The notes under the pieces were generated by a model. The model was not told the origin of the DNA. It did no database searches and saw only the letters and a list, made by a program, of their open reading frames with translations. This document shows, piece after piece, positions 12,148-27,100 of a stretch of DNA of 63,745 nt. A program made the translations under genes and the position numbers. Each line of letters begins with the position of its first letter. Within the stretch, counting starts at the first letter, position 1. Origin of the DNA: Hyphochytrium catenoides (taxonomy: Eukaryota; Protista; Hyphochytriomycota); assembly GCA_900088475.1 (NCBI GenBank), contig FLMG01001693.1, positions 1 to 63,745 on the forward strand. Reading direction: 5' to 3'.

Positions 12148-15100
12148 CTAGTTGTCAAGGTTGCACAGCAGTGCCGCGCCATTCAGCACCCACTTTGCCG
12201 GGTCCTCCTTCGTGTCTAACTCAATGGCTACCACGAAGTTGGTCGATAGTCCGGTGGTAGAGAGCACTCCTCTGCGCACTGAAGTCTTGTACACTGGACA
12301 ACTGTAGCATTGAGGGTTGCGCTTAGGGTTCACGGCTGGTATGAAGTGTACCGGCGGGAGCAGCTGCAGAGTTTGGTCCAATATTTTGCGGCGGATCCAG
12401 AGATGTGATGAGAAAGAGACGGAAGGCGTGGATGAGAGAGCAGCAAGGATTAGGAGAGCGTGACAATACAGGGTTTCTTTCGATGAATGCTCGGTTCTCT
12501 CCGTCCGATCACTTGTCACCACCTGTCTACCCTTTCTTACCCATTCGTCTAGCCACTCTGTCTCTAATGGCCACTCGCTCACATCTCTATATTGGCTATC
12601 TCCTCTACATTCAACCGGTCTCTACTTACCGTGTACAGCTCACTAGGCTTGGAATCTTTCAACAGACGCTCTTCCTCATCATATCTCGCTCCCTCTAGCC
12701 AGAGGCCATAGACTATGACACCGTCCTCTGGAGCAGGGACTTCTTCCACTGCCACCTTGCCACTGCTTCGGCGTAGGTCAAGAATGTTGAAGGTAAAGGC
12801 TAGCGTGTCGATTGCGATTGAGTACTTGCGGGAGTGGTTCTGCAGGGCGCCAGTCATGAATCCCTATTTTGATTGGACGGTCAGAAGGCAAGCATAAGTG
12901 GAAGACAGAGTAGTAGCCGGGAGCCACAACGGGTGAGAAGAGGACATAGAGCGCCTGATCATGAAGCTAAGCAGCAGGGTAGGGAGAAGAAGAGTTACAA
13001 GGGTGTCTAATGACATGCCTCGGAAGGGAACGCGAAAGGAAAAAATCTTCCTATAGGAAACAACCAGACGGCACTGCACTTGGACACTCAGATGGAACAC
13101 ACAGAGCCACCTAGGGACCCAGTCGCCGTGCAGGTAAAAACATTCTCTTAGGGTTTAATGAACGAGCCCAGACACGGAACCAGCGTAAGGAACTAGGAAA
13201 AGAACCATCCGCACCTGAGGGAAGAAGAAGACGGGCAAAGGGAAAGCATTGGGCCTTCCTTTAACTAGCCAAGACCGCATAAAAGCCACACGGAAGAGAA
13301 GATCCTTCACCCAGGATCCTAGTCCCTTCAACGAGGCAAAGCTGACAGAGACCCATAGATCTGGGACCTATACGGACGAGCGTTAAGAAATGAACTCCGC
13401 CATACAACGAGAAAGACAGAGACACCCAGGGCCCTGCGTAGAAGACAGATTTGGAGCACGGGAAGAATGGGGATCCACGAGGTTGCCCGATCCCGGAAAA
13501 AGGAGACAAAAAAGGGGACCATTCGGGGCATGAGGACACCAGACGGAAAGGACAAGACAGAGAGGAAGAAAAGGATTAAGGGCTACTAAGCGGGAAGAAG
13601 TTCTTCCCATTGCTAACCCCACAGCAGGGCTGACAGAAATAGGAGACAATACTCAAGAGAGGGGCCAGACCAAGGAATGGACAGGCGGCGTAAGGTGACG
13701 CTGAACTTCTTTCTTTCATGTCCTCTTGCCTTGTTGTTAATGAAGCTCGTGTACATCTTATCCAGCTCCGAGCTCATCACCACGAGCCCATTGATAGCGC
13801 GACGGAGCTCAGAGAGAGAGGAGCGAAGGCGATCCAAAAGACGGTTGAACTTTTCCATCTCCTGTCTCAGGACAGTAGAGAGAGAGTCCATTACTTCTCT
13901 GTCTCCGCTTTTTCTAAGCACGAAAGTGGTGGGCCCAGCTTCACTCTCCTCCAGGTTTGGCGGCAATTGTTCCTGTCATGCGAGGAGAGAAAGGTAAGTT
14001 TCTCCTAAGAGCCTCATTTCTCTTTTCCGCGAAATGGAGACACACGACAGGGTGTTCTGCTGCGGCTCCCATCAACTCTGCTGTCTCTCTATGTCTCCGT
14101 CTCGTCATCTCCTTCTACCTCCCAGGTACCGCCATCATTCAGTCTCTGTCGCCTAGGCATACCTCAATAGCTTTTATCAGTCCTAAGACTATCTCATCTG
14201 ATGTCATTCCCGTCCCGCCGCCAGACTCTCGAGGCTGAAGCTCTAGTATTGCCTCAAAAAGCGTGGAACTCTCCTTTCTTTCATATGTAATCTAAATGCG
14301 ACGGGTTATTAACAAGGACTCAGGGAAGAAGACTTCAAGGACATCTCATCGTAGAAGCTCAGCTATCAGCTTTCGAAAAGGGTACATCCAAGGACAGGAG
14401 CGATAGAGAGAAGGGGAGAGTGGTACAGAATACCGGTCTCCCAAGCACCAGCAACGACGAATGCGAATGGAATGAAATGGGCTGGACACTGAGAAAGAGA
14501 AGAAGAAGATGAGAAAGGGTAAAAAGAGGGGCGTTAGCTTTCGTACGTTGGCATTTCTGTTCATTCCAAAGGTCTCTGGCTCATCTCGCGGTGGCAGCTG
14601 CTGCAGATACTCTAACGCTTCTCTATAGGGACCGGCAGAAGGAGCATAATACAAGCCCGAAGGAGAGAACCGGTATTCCTCCTGCAGAATGTTAGGGCTG
14701 CAATACTGCGAAAGAATGGAAAGGAGACAGCGACGGTCCCAGTCGTCTGTCACTCTTCCACCGTAGTTGATTTGTCCTGGAGATTGGAAGTGAACACGGG
14801 ACATGAGACAAAAAGACGGTGAACAAGACAAGAAGGACAGGATAGTAAGAGAGAACGAGACAGAAAGACGACGAGTGCGGTTAGCCGCATGCATTACGGG
14901 TTTTTGAGCAACAATTAGTTGGGCAGGGCATGGTCTGTGTGAGCACATTTGTCCTGGTCTTTTCATTTGCTGGTGTCCTCCTTTCTCCCTTATCTTCTCT
15001 CTTCTCCTTCTTCTCTGGAACTTTTTCACCGTCCCAAGTTCTACATTGTCTTACCAGTGACATATCTGAGGGCATCCCAAGGGACGTCTTCCTGCTCAGT

Positions 15101-18100
15101 CAGGAACTTTCTTAGCCCAGCTATAGACGTCTGTAGGTCCGTGTCATTGAACTCATAGCTAATGTTCCAGCCCAGCGGGCCAAACTTTCTTCTCTCCTGC
15201 ACTGTGGCATGGAAGAAAGCCAATCCGAGGAGGAGCTTCTTCCAGGCAACAAACTTAGGAAGGGCAGAGGAGAAGGACCCAGACTGCGAGAACTCCTCGT
15301 AAGTCTGGCAGAAGAGGAAGAGAAGACGAGAAACGGTCAGTGCCAATCACTACAGCTTGCCAAGTGCAAGGACAGACGGCTATAGCTGACAGCAGAGAGC
15401 AGAAGAAGATGCACAGGTAAGAGTTAGGAGATTTAAGGGAATAGTATGGCATGCCTACACAGTGATGTACGCATGAGGAAAAAGAAGCAGCAGGAGGGAA
15501 AAGCGAGATGATGAAGCGAGAAGAGGCCGGCCAGAGATACTCAAAAGAGGGAGAGAAAGTGGGAAGGAGGATAAGGAAAAGAGGAGAACCGAGAGGCTGT
15601 GATACTTTTACCTCTTCATTGTAGAGCCCTGTGAAGCTTCTTAGCAGATTTGCTTTCAAACCCTTAGGTGGCTCATTAGTTAGTTTAACACTATTCTGCA
15701 GCACCGCAACGGGGAAGTAAGCGGCCGGGAAAGAGGTCAGGAAGAGACGGAAAGCAGGAGAGAGTGCTCTGTCATCCTCTCCATTGGGTCCGCCTCCCTC
15801 TGCCAGATCCAGCACTATTTTCTCTAGGTTGGGAAGCCACGAGCGTGCAAGATGGCAGTTCTGCAAGAGAACCCACTCTCCCATCTCCCTGGACCGAGCG
15901 ATCAGCGCTTCCGCGTGAGGACCCTGTCCTTGTCCTAAGCTAATAACCTATCGCGCGGCAAAGGGAAGGACAATATGGCGAGCCAAGGTCAGACAGGATC
16001 GGCCGGGTGGACTAAAGGGTAGATACGGTGTTAAGATAAATGAAGCACACAATAAGACAAAAGGAAGGACGAGAGAGAGCAAGGTGACCGGAAGAGTGAG
16101 TTGCTGAAATAGGTAGCCCCAGGACAAGAAAGGCGAAGACAAGGTAGAGAAGGACAAGAGTCGGACTCCCTCTCGACCATAAGATGTTTTACCTGGAGCT
16201 TGGAGCTGAATCCTTCTTCTTTCGCCAATCGCAGCAGTAAATCTGTGGGATCAGCCCCGGGAGAGAGGACAAACACACAGGGTGTCTGGGAGTCTAAAGA
16301 GCGATAGATTTCATTCATGGACACCTGCAGGAGGGCGAGAAGGCGAATGAGAACAGGAACACGCGGCATGAAAGAAGGTGCCACAGTGGGTAAGGATGCA
16401 GTGCGCGAGGGAGAGAAAGAGAAATGACACGTCCGTCGACTGACATACGGAGTACAAAGTACCGTTGACAGCCGCTGCCGCTGCACAGTAAGTATAAAGA
16501 CGAGTCTGATAGGGCGATTGATAACACTACGAGGACGCAGACAGCACGAAAGATTGATTGGGACTTAGGGGATCCTTGAAGATTCGAGCGAAAGGGCCAT
16601 AGTAGGAATTGGACGGACCTGAGGGCTTTCAGTGTACTTCTGCCCCAACGCCCGGCGTACAAATTGAACCATAGCCTCCAATGACTTTTCATCTCTCAGA
16701 GTGCGGATGAGAAGAAGGCGATGGAAGGCAGACAGCGAAGTGCTATACCCACAGGGGAGTGGAAGAGAGGAGATGTCGGGCGCCTCAAGGTAGGAAGCCC
16801 ATTCATCTGTCCACTGGGTTGCTATAGACTTAGTAAGGCCTCGGAATGGGTAGATGGGTTCCCCTGGTTTCTCTGCTCCTCCATTGCCCTTCTCTCCACC
16901 TCTCGCTAGAGTTACTCTTGTCTCTAGGGCATAAAGCGTCTGCCATTGGGCCTCCCGTATCTTATCGGGCTGAGGGTTCGGCTAGCGTGGGAACAGGTAG
17001 AAAAAGAGCCATAGGCGGCCACGGAGGGGGGGAAGAGAGAGTCAGAGAGAGAGAGAAACACACCCAGGGACAGCATAAACTGAGATGTTGGTAATAAAGT
17101 GAAGGCTTAGGCTTCTCTGTTCACACGACCGATCATTTCCTTCTTGCTTGGGTCTCTCTCTCTTTTCTAGCCTCTCGTTTAATGTCTTCGTTGTAATTCG
17201 ACATCTTCTAGTTCTTATGTATGCCCGTCTCTCTCTTCAGTTTAGTCCTAGAAGACCTTACCGGCAAAGCTGCAGGATCAACCACTCCTGGTCCCCTAAT
17301 GAGCAGATTCCACTCTGTCTCGGAGATCTCTCCTTGATCTCTGAGGATCTGTAGGCAAATAAGAGAGGAGAAGAGGGTCTTGTGCCTCTCGAAGAGCCCT
17401 CTGCAGATGCTGAGATACATCTCATAGGTCTCGACCTCCAACAAACTCTGCAATCTCTCTTTCAGTTCCGGAGACTTGTCAGCCTTGTCCATAAAGAGAA
17501 CAAAAAGCCTCTGGAAGTAAGAGAGCGAGTACTGGTACATCGGATCAATGTTAGCCATCTCTGCGATGACGAAGAAGAGAATACTTCCCCTTCTCGCGAC
17601 GGGCCGGTAGTTCTCTCTCGCCTCGTTGATCTCTTTCTCAGTTTTCTCCGACTCAGTTACTCTCTCTTTGATCACTTTGGAAGTGACGTTGGACGACGCC
17701 AAAGTGTTGATGAGATTGTCGTCATCCAGGATGTCGCCCTGACTCTCTGAGATCATCCGCAAGATCTTCTCCTCAATTTCCTTCAGTTGTTTGCGGTCTT
17801 GCGCCATAGAGAGGACAAGACGGCTCTTTCTCTCTTCTACGTCTGGTCTCTCTCTCTTCACTACCTCCCCCAAAAGCTGATCTTCCAGTCCTTCCCTTGT
17901 CACTGTGAAGTTGATGATATTAACCTTGATGCATACTTCAGGCAGATAGTGTGGGTTCGAGAGCTTGGTTGAGAGAAAGAGTTTGAAGTTGGGATCATAG
18001 TCTATATCTTGGTCTCCCAAACGGATTAGCGTTCTTCCTCCTTGCTTGAAGGTAGCCTAAGAGAGCGAAAAACAAAGAACGAAGGGAGGGACAAGAATCG

Positions 18101-21100
18101 GGAAACAGGAACGGAGAGGCATGGCCGGCAACGATAAGAGATGGCCCAGCATTATGTCTTGCCTCACCATCGTCTTTCTCTGTGTGATCCTGTTTCTCAC
18201 TTCTCATTTAACTCTTTCCCTTCCAAGACGCTGACAGTGGGGTTTCCAAAAACTATCGTCTATAAGGTCATGGCACTACTCATCCTGCCTTCTTCCTGCT
18301 TTCTGTTCCTTCTCACTCCCTCTCATTCTATTTGATCTCACCTTCTGCAGCACAGATTCCAGAGAAGGCTCCAAAGTCTCTCCTAGGTCCTCCAGCAGAA
18401 GGGGCCTTCCTACCCTAATGCAGTTCTCTACAGTCCTCAGGAGAGAGGAAGAGGACATTCTCCCCACTTCTAGCTTGAACTTAGCATTCGAGTTCTTAAT
18501 CCACTTGCTCGCTTGTCCCTGAGGATCAATCATGAGAGGCCATCGCTTTCCTCTCGTCACCATGATGGCGTTCTCAACGGAGAGAGAGTCCGAAGGGAGA
18601 GAGGAGAGCTGCCATTCTCTTATCTCTACTGGATTTCCCAGCACATTGGCGAGAGAATACGTCTCTCCTGAGAAAGGCAAGGAGTTTTCTTCCACTTCTT
18701 TTTTCCAGAGCCCTACCAGCTCCTGCCTGTACGGGCCCGTAAATGCTCCGAAGTAAGAGATACTAGCCGCCGCCAGAAAGGTATCCCCAACCTAGTAGGA
18801 CGGTGAGGGGAGGAGAGAAAGAGGAGGGGAAACAGTGAGCAACCAGCTAAAGTAGAAAGTGGAAGGGGCAAAAACTGAAGAAGAACATGAATAGAGAATG
18901 GAAAAGGTGAAGCGAAGAGAGAAATTGGTGAGACAGCATGGAAAAGGAAGGGAATTTGACCATTAAACAAGCCTACCAAGTTATATACGGGGAGAGAAAG
19001 CAAGAAAGGAACTAACCAAGCAGTCGATCTCCTTGGTTAAACTCTCAACAGTCTGGCTCCACCTCACTCCTTCCGCTGCCAGGCCGGAGGTCAACTTTTC
19101 CGCTCTTAGGAGTCTCTTTGCCGTCTTCTCTGCCTCTAGAGCGAGTCGTTCCTTCTCTTCGAGGGCCTTCTGGCATTCTCTCTCTAGTCCCGCCACCTTC
19201 TCATTGACAATCCTCAGCTCCTCCTGCTTTTTACTCAGTGTCCCGTTCGCCTCTGCCAGCATCTGATTCATTTCCTCCTGCGGCACAGAATGGCACAAGT
19301 TACTTCGCTTGCCCTCAGAGGCAAAGGTAGGGAACGGAGGAAATAGTAACCAAGTAGAGACAGAAACGAAGAGAGAGTGAGGGAGAGATATGACATAGAC
19401 ATCATTAGAGAGAGACATTCTCCGAGAGAATATGCATAAAACAAGAGACAGAGCTTTAGCTTTGGCTACCAGCTTCTTCCTCTTGGGCTCAACTTCCTTG
19501 GCTACTTTAGAGTAGACATTCATGGCGTGGACCCACATACACAGCGAGCAGGCAGCCTTGGAAACCTTTCGTACCACCTCCACTGCCATCCCTGGGTCTT
19601 CAATATACTTTTGGAGTTTCTTAAGCGTCTGGGGCGGAATGTTATCCTGTTGAAGAGAGAAGAAGAAAATGAAAGACAAGCGCAGGACGGGGAGGGCAAA
19701 TGCAACGCCAAGAGTTTCGGTCCAAAGTGAGAGAGCGAGGACTGACAGAGAAAGACTGTACAAGAAGTCCCAGAGGCACCTGCTGGTGCAGACAAAGCAA
19801 AGGCCTAAAGGGTGATTTGCTCTCTGATGCGCTCTCAATGTCTCCTTCTTTATGTCCCTAACTCGCACCTACCTTATCATAAGTCTTGAGCTTGTCCATG
19901 AGATTCACTTCTCCTAGGAGCTTCTTCGCGCTGTCCCAGTCCGTCTTTACCCCCAGCAGGATGCACACAGCCTCCATGACGGTCTGCACTGCCACAGGAG
20001 GCTTCGTGAAAGATTTAACCTGCAGGTAACCAGATATGGTGGATGAGCCAACATGAGAGAGAGAATTTAGGACACCAGATGTGGAGAGATCTCAGACCTC
20101 TGTGAGATCATTCTTGCTAAGTCCATCCAGTGCTGCCACAGCGGCTTCGAGGGCTGGAAGGGCAACGTCCAAATCCTTCTGAGCGTCTGCCTGCACCGCT
20201 GCCACTTCATCCGCCTGACGCTTCACCGCCTGTTCATCCTTTGAGACTCTTTCACGGACTAGAGAGGCTTCTTGCTGGTCCTTGGCGACCTGGGAGCAGA
20301 CGAGCCAGCCCGAACGACGGCATCAGTTAAGGTTTTAGGCGTTAACGCTGTGAGAACCCGACACAGGCAGACAGGGGAGAGACTGAAGAAGAGACCTTCA
20401 TGAGTGGCAAGATTGAGAAAAAGAAAGGATCTGTCGCCACAGTGACAGCGAAGCGTTCTCGACCGCCTTATCGAGGTAAGACGAAGGCCAGATGTGCCGT
20501 TTCTCCATTGCTATGTTCTCTCTCTCTCTCTCTCTCGGACGCACACTCTCGCTCTCGTTGGCCTATCCATCCGTCTGCCTACTCTCACGAGCCTACCTGC
20601 TTTAGCAGTTGCTCGACTTCCACGGTCTTCAGCTTCAGCACTGGCTGGAGCTTCTCCAGTTCCTCCTGAAGCCCTTCCACCATCTTATTCGTATCCCTCA
20701 GCTTCTCCACGCCCACCCGCATCCTCTCTCGCCTCTTCTCCTTCTCCTCCCTCTTCTCTCCCAGTAAAGAGACAAAGAGAGAGATAAGATCCAAGTAACT
20801 CTTTGGCGTAGTGTACATTCTCCTCCTCAACTCTGCGTAAAATCGCTCCGCGAGGAGGGAAGAAGAGGAGTGGGCGATGCCGCTTAGTCGAACCAGCGCA
20901 TCTCTGTGACTTTCAGAAGAGAGAGGCACAGAAGACAGGAATCGCTGCGCCACGGACTCTAAGGCAGATTGGGGCCAAGGCATGTACCTGAAAGGGAAAG
21001 AAGAGAGATTATATGGATGAGGTAAATGGGCCGTCAAGGAAGACTCAGGGCAAGGGAAACAGTTATAAGAAAATTACATCTCGCAACAGCGAAGCCGAAG

Positions 21101-24100
21101 CTCTCGACTTGGCAGGAAAAGCCAAAGGCGCACGAGAAGCAAGATGCCAGAAGAAGAGTGTAGAAAGTGAAAGAGAGAGGAGAGATAGTCGCGCAAGAGA
21201 GAGAAGAGACATCATCCTACCAATCAATGGTGGTGCAGCTGATGAGAGATGGGAACTGTCTGCATCTCACTCTCAATGCTGGCCCGACCGGTGACATACA
21301 GAGGACGATGCTAAGGTTCTCTCTCACTCTTCGCAGGAAAGAAGAGGCACACTCATCTCTGCTCCTCTCCCCTCCTCCCTCTTGCTCTCTCAGCACTCTA
21401 GACATGTCTGTGAGAATCTTTTCTCTCTCGTCTGGAGGAAAGAGGTTGGGCACCTCTCCACTGTTCAGAAGACTGTTGATGTCCTCCACGAAGGTCTCAG
21501 AGATGATCTGCGAGTCCGTAAAGAGAAACACTGTCTTTTTGCCTGTGAAGTCGTTTGGGAAAGCAAAGGAGAGAACCTTTTAGCGACCAACGTCTCTTAC
21601 TATGGATTTTTTGTGTTGACTCCTCGACATTGTGTTGACTCCTCCCACTCTCTCTTCCCGGCCTCTTCTCATCCAATTATGCCAAGTTTCTATACTTCTT
21701 CTCTCTGTCCCTCTCCACCAGTCGATTCTCCACCAAGTCAACCGCTGCCTTCTCTTTTTCTGCGACTCTTCTATCTTCTATAATAAGCGCCCTGCGTAGA
21801 TATTCTCTCCTCTGTGAGCGCTGCTGCTTCTAGAGCTTCAAGGTACCTTACCTTCTACTCCTGCCCTGATCATCATCTTCTTCACGTCTTCTCTAAACTC
21901 ATTCACCCCGTAACCTCGACCGATCTCTAACATAAAGCAGCTAAATCCAGCCAAGAAAGAGGCGAGGCGTGTCAGACTCTGTCTCCCGCTTCCTCCGACT
22001 CCTACGAGGAGAAGAGAGGACGAGGAAGTGGAGCGCAGAGCGCGAGATATGCGGGCGATGTGCTGAATGGCGTCCGTGAAGAAAACGAGAGAGAGCGGTG
22101 AGGGGTAGGAGAGATTGTACAAGTCCAGCGCGTCGTCCAAGATCTTCGTCACCTGCAGAAAGAACGATGAGAGTCAGAAAAGAGAAGAAGACGACGGAGA
22201 GATGCGGCGGACCAGTCGAAGCCAAAGTAAGCCGATAGGAAGAAGCATTTTAAGAGAGAAGGCAGAGAGATGCGGCGGACCAGACGACTAAGCCCAAGCA
22301 AAACCCAGATGGGGAAAGAGAAGAACAGAACAGAAAGTCCTAGGAGAGGACAGTCCGTTGAGGCAGAGTGGGGAGGCACGGAGCAAGAAAGAAAAGACTG
22401 AGTTTGAGTCTTCATCATCTTGGTTCCAGATCCTCTCTTTCGCCCTCATTGGGTTACCTTCTTTACATCTCCACACTCTTCATAGGGTCTCTCATCACTG
22501 CCTGGCCGTAGAAAGTCGACAAATAGAAGAGGCTTCTTCTCGTCATAGAAAAGCTTCTCCTCATCCCACTCTTCCCCAACCCTTCCCAGTTCCTCTTTAA
22601 GGAGGCGAGTTAGAAGAGCGGAGAGCCACTTTCGGTCTTCGTCGCTAATCAGCCTGTCACTGAAAACACGGAGAGTCTCGTGCACCCATAGCCGAACCAG
22701 GACGTCCGCTGACGGGATTTTCTGAGAACAGGAATGAGATCGACGGCGAACATGGAGTGAGAAGGATTGTAGGGAGCGAGAGACAAACGAAGCGGCGGGA
22801 CAGAAGGGGTTAGAAGATGGTGCCAGAGAGAGACCAGAGAGACATAGCGGAAGGACGGAGAGGATAACAAAAGTGGGCTAAGTCGAAGGAAGAGACATCG
22901 AAGGAACGGCGAAGAGCGAAGACTGAATGTAGGAAGACCGTACCGATATCATGAGCATCCCCTGGAAGACTTTGGAGACATCGCGCATATTAAAAGTATA
23001 GTGGAAACGCACAGGAGTTGGGAGGAGTGAGGAAGAGATCTTGTTGTACACCTGAAGAGAGATGAGAGAAGAGGTTCATTGGGGTGCGAGATAAGAGACA
23101 AAAAGAGCCTTAGAGTAAGAGAGACAGAAGAGTGAGAAAGCCACACGTCTCGTCGGGAGATGAGAGAGAGAGCAACTGTTAAAGGTGAGAAGCAGTGATT
23201 AGACTGTCTCTCGCAGGCATTTTGATGGACAACGAGACGAGGAAGGACTTTGGTTCCCACTCCGAAGACAAGAAGAGCTTCCCTTCTCTCCTTCCTCTCG
23301 ACGTTCTCCTCTTCTTATGACTCTCCTTCTTCTCTCTTCTTCTTACCTCCACCGTAGCCTTGACAATTGCCCCTGACGTAGCCCGAACCTCAGCACTGAA
23401 GGGCTCTAGAAAGCCGGAGAGGATGCTCTCGAAAATTCTTCCCATAGATTGATCAGAAGCGGGGCGAAAGTAAAGAAGAGAGAAATGACGGAGAAAGCGT
23501 GGAGAACAAGGCGCTCTCCCTCCTCCTGGTGGTGCAGCAGCAACAAGGAGAAGTGTGTCCACTATCTCTTTCCAGAAGAGTTTCTCTCTGTCGTACACGC
23601 CTCCATACTCTAAGTACTGGCGGAGAAGCTCGATTGGCGGCTGTGCGCCGTACTCCTCCACAGCAGGAAGATTGACGTCGTCCACAAAGAAGATGACGCG
23701 AGAGGACGAGGGAGGCCCAAGCAGATTCTTTCTCTTCTTCTCGAGCTTGCTCTCCATCGTTGCCTGAGTAACAAGGCTCGAGGTCTGGGCAGAGAAGTTG
23801 ATGGTAACGGGAAGGACAGGTCTCGTTCCCTCTCCTCTTGGAAGGAGAAGTTTTTCTGCCTCGTTCTCCTCTCTTGCATCATCTTCTCCCTGGGCGCCTG
23901 CGTCTCTTCCTCGTCTTTGCATCAAAGAGAGAAGGTTTTGCACGACAACAGTCTTCCCTGTTCCAGTTCCTCCCGTTATAAAGACTGGCCTCTGCTCTGA
24001 GATAAGGAGGGAGAGAAGGAAAGAGTATCGCACAGTGTCTACCGTAGGCACTAAGATCTGGAAGAACGGAACGCTCTTCTTATAGCGAAAAGTAGGAACA

Positions 24101-27100
24101 ATCTCGCCCCAGGCTCTGAATTCTCCTCCCGCCTTCTCTCTCTCTGCCTTCTCTCCCCCTTGGTCCAGGAAGTAGTCATACACGAGGCCCTGAGATGGAA
24201 GGCTAAGGGCTTTGGAGAGGCCGAGCTCTTCCAACCAGCGCCGAAGCTGACTGTCAAAGCTTTCCCAATAATCAGAGGTAATGGTTGCGCCCATAGACCT
24301 GAGACCGCGGAGAGAGGAAGAGTAACTTTAGAGAGAGAAGACCGAAGAGAGAGAGAGAGAGAAGGAGAGGAGAGAGGAAAAGGAAGAAAAGAAAGAGAGA
24401 GAGAGAGAAAGACAGACGTGGACGACTCGACATGCTACATAAAAGGAAGGAGAATAGCCACAAAGGGTTCATTATCAACCGAAGAAAAGAAAAGATATGA
24501 AGAGTAAGAAGTTAGGATAAAGACTCCAGAAGACGCAGAACAAGCCAATCTCCCTTACCAGACGATGGCAAAGACAACGATCTTCTCCATTGCTCTCTGC
24601 AGGTTGGCATTCTCAGTTGTTTTTATGCCTCCTCTTTCCATGAGAGCGTGGACAAGAGAGCACAGAGAAGCGACCATCTGGACATCCACAGTCGACATTG
24701 CCTCTTTCTCCCTTCCTCTTCCAAGTACCCTCTCTCTCAGAAAGGAGAGTCCTTTGTCAAGAAGCTTCTCCATCAGTAGTATTATGTTAGCCCTCGTTTC
24801 CTTAGGGGCGGGAGAGAGAACTTTATCTCCCCAGGAGAGCAGGTAAGGGCGCCATCCAAGGTCAGAAGGAGAGAGAAAGACAACTCCAATCCTGCTCACA
24901 GTGGCCGGCGAGGCGACAGCGAGATCTGCGACTTCAAAGAGCATCTTCATCTCTTTTCTAAGCTTGATTCTCTCCCCGTTCGCCAGGCACAGTGTCATAT
25001 TGTCGTCTAGAACCGTGTTCATGTTCTCAATCCAAAGAGCATCGATCGGACCTGCAGCAGAGAAGTAGCGCAGAGAGCAGATGCGCAGGTGCCTTGAGAA
25101 GCAGCAAGTGGATGGCACAGACAAAACATAATATTGAGGATATAAATGACAAGGTAGACGTAAGGCAGGATGCGGATGATGGATTGACACTTTCTGCGGC
25201 TAAATTGTAGCTAACTAGGAAAGGAGGGGCCACAAACCTGCATGAAGGGGAAAGTGAGAGAAAGCTTACCATCGAACACTGTCCATCTTCTTTTCTTCTC
25301 CTCTCCTGGTCCGGCCTCTGCTGCAGCTCTTCTCATGATGGAGGATGCGAGCCCGTCGTGCCATTCTTGCGTCAACTCATTAAACTCCCCATACAGCTCG
25401 CCCATCGTGATACTCTTGGGATTCAACATTTCGCAAAGGACTTCCTGATATCTTTACGGACCGATGTACAGGGAGACACGAAAAGTGGATTAGAGAGAGA
25501 GAGAGAAAGAGAGAAGAAAGAGAGAGAGAGAAAGGCACTCCGGTCCCAGAAACAAAGTTTTATGATAGAAGGTACAGGAGAGATTAATGAGGGAAAATTG
25601 AGGTGTCCTCGATGATTCTACCTCTCATCCTTGCTGTTTTGCTGCCTGAGTGTGGTCATCACGCCCTGGAGGAGGCGATAGCAAGAGCTTTTCCCTGACC
25701 CTGCAGCACCGACAAGGCAGCCTCCGAAGCGCACATTAAAGGTCTCAAAGAGCTGCAGAACTTTCATAGAGAAACTCTCTACAATCTGGAAGCCCGCTTT
25801 CGCTGTCTCAGAAGCCAACGCAAGCTGGTGGAGTCACAGACAAGAAACGAGGTCAAAGCTAGAGAGTAGAAGGCAGGAAGGTGGGATGAAAGTGTATATA
25901 TACAATCCTCGCAGGGGTAGAGGACCAGTGAAAGAGACTCCACAGAGCCATTGCGAGATATGGACATCAGTGAAGCGTGTAGGATGAATCGCGGACGAGG
26001 GTATGCAAAAGTGCTGAGAGACGAGGAAGAACAGGCCCCATGTTTGTACACATATGAAGAAAGGAAGGCGAGCCGGAATCAGGAAGAAGACAGAGAAATT
26101 GAAATGAGAGCTGGCGCTGAGGCCGAAATGTATGAGAGGGGTGGATGTATAACAGAGGCGGCCTTTCCCTCCCTACCTGAAACTCCCCATAGTCATTGGC
26201 AGGGATCTTTGCTCCAGGAAACAGGTCGCTGACAATAGCGTGGAAGAGAGGAAGATCTTCAGCCAAGAACTTCGGCAGATTGCTGTCTCTCAGTGCCCGG
26301 ATAAGCGTCAGCTCTTCTCCTACTCCTTCTCCCTCGCTCGCCCTCTTTAGCGCTCCCGCCATCACCAAGACGCTCTTCACTGCTCTGAGCCCATAGTCAT
26401 AGTGCGGCTGCTGAGACAGCTGCTCACTGCAGAGAATGTACAGCTTGCACATCTTCCGAGAGAGAGAAAGAGCGGAAGAAAAGCCCTCTGCAAAGAGCAT
26501 GATCTCCGCAATGAGAGAATAGTCTGGGACCATCATGGAGACGGGACGGAAGAGAACTTTGAGGTTATCTGGAAGCTCTGTTCTCCCTGCATACCCAGGG
26601 TTCATGGTGATAATGATGTGATGCTCTAGGAGAGGAATCGTCACTCCCATAAAGTTGATGGTACTCTTGCCTTCCAGCCGACCTTGTCGGAGAGTGAGCA
26701 CCTGGGAAGTATAGCGATGGGGTCAGTTCGGTGCAGCAAGCAGATTGCATGTGGCGAGTGGATGAGGACGAGCGATCCTAGGATAGGGCAAAGTGGGCCT
26801 GAAAAGAGCACTGGAAGACAAGGAGGAAGACATGATAGAGGATATTGACCGAATGGCCTGTTACCGCATTCGTATAGAGGCACGGGATATAGGGCGATGG
26901 CTGCGAAGCAGACCCCAAGAGGTGGAGATAATAGAAGAGTCTGAAGCCGAGTGAGAAGAATTTATCTTCTGTCAGGAAGAGGCACGAAGAGAGGAGGGAG
27001 AGTGACAGAGCGACTAGAGAGCCTGGAGAGAAGTGGAAGGATTGGGAAAAAGAGAAGAAGCCTCACTTGCTGTGCGATAACGGAAAGCACTTCGATGTCT

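Noticed and set aside
21975-22005. AAA4 P-loop GVGGSGRQ lacking the Walker A Lys
   Set aside because: This is a common variant in axonemal dynein heavy chains and not evidence of pseudogenisation.
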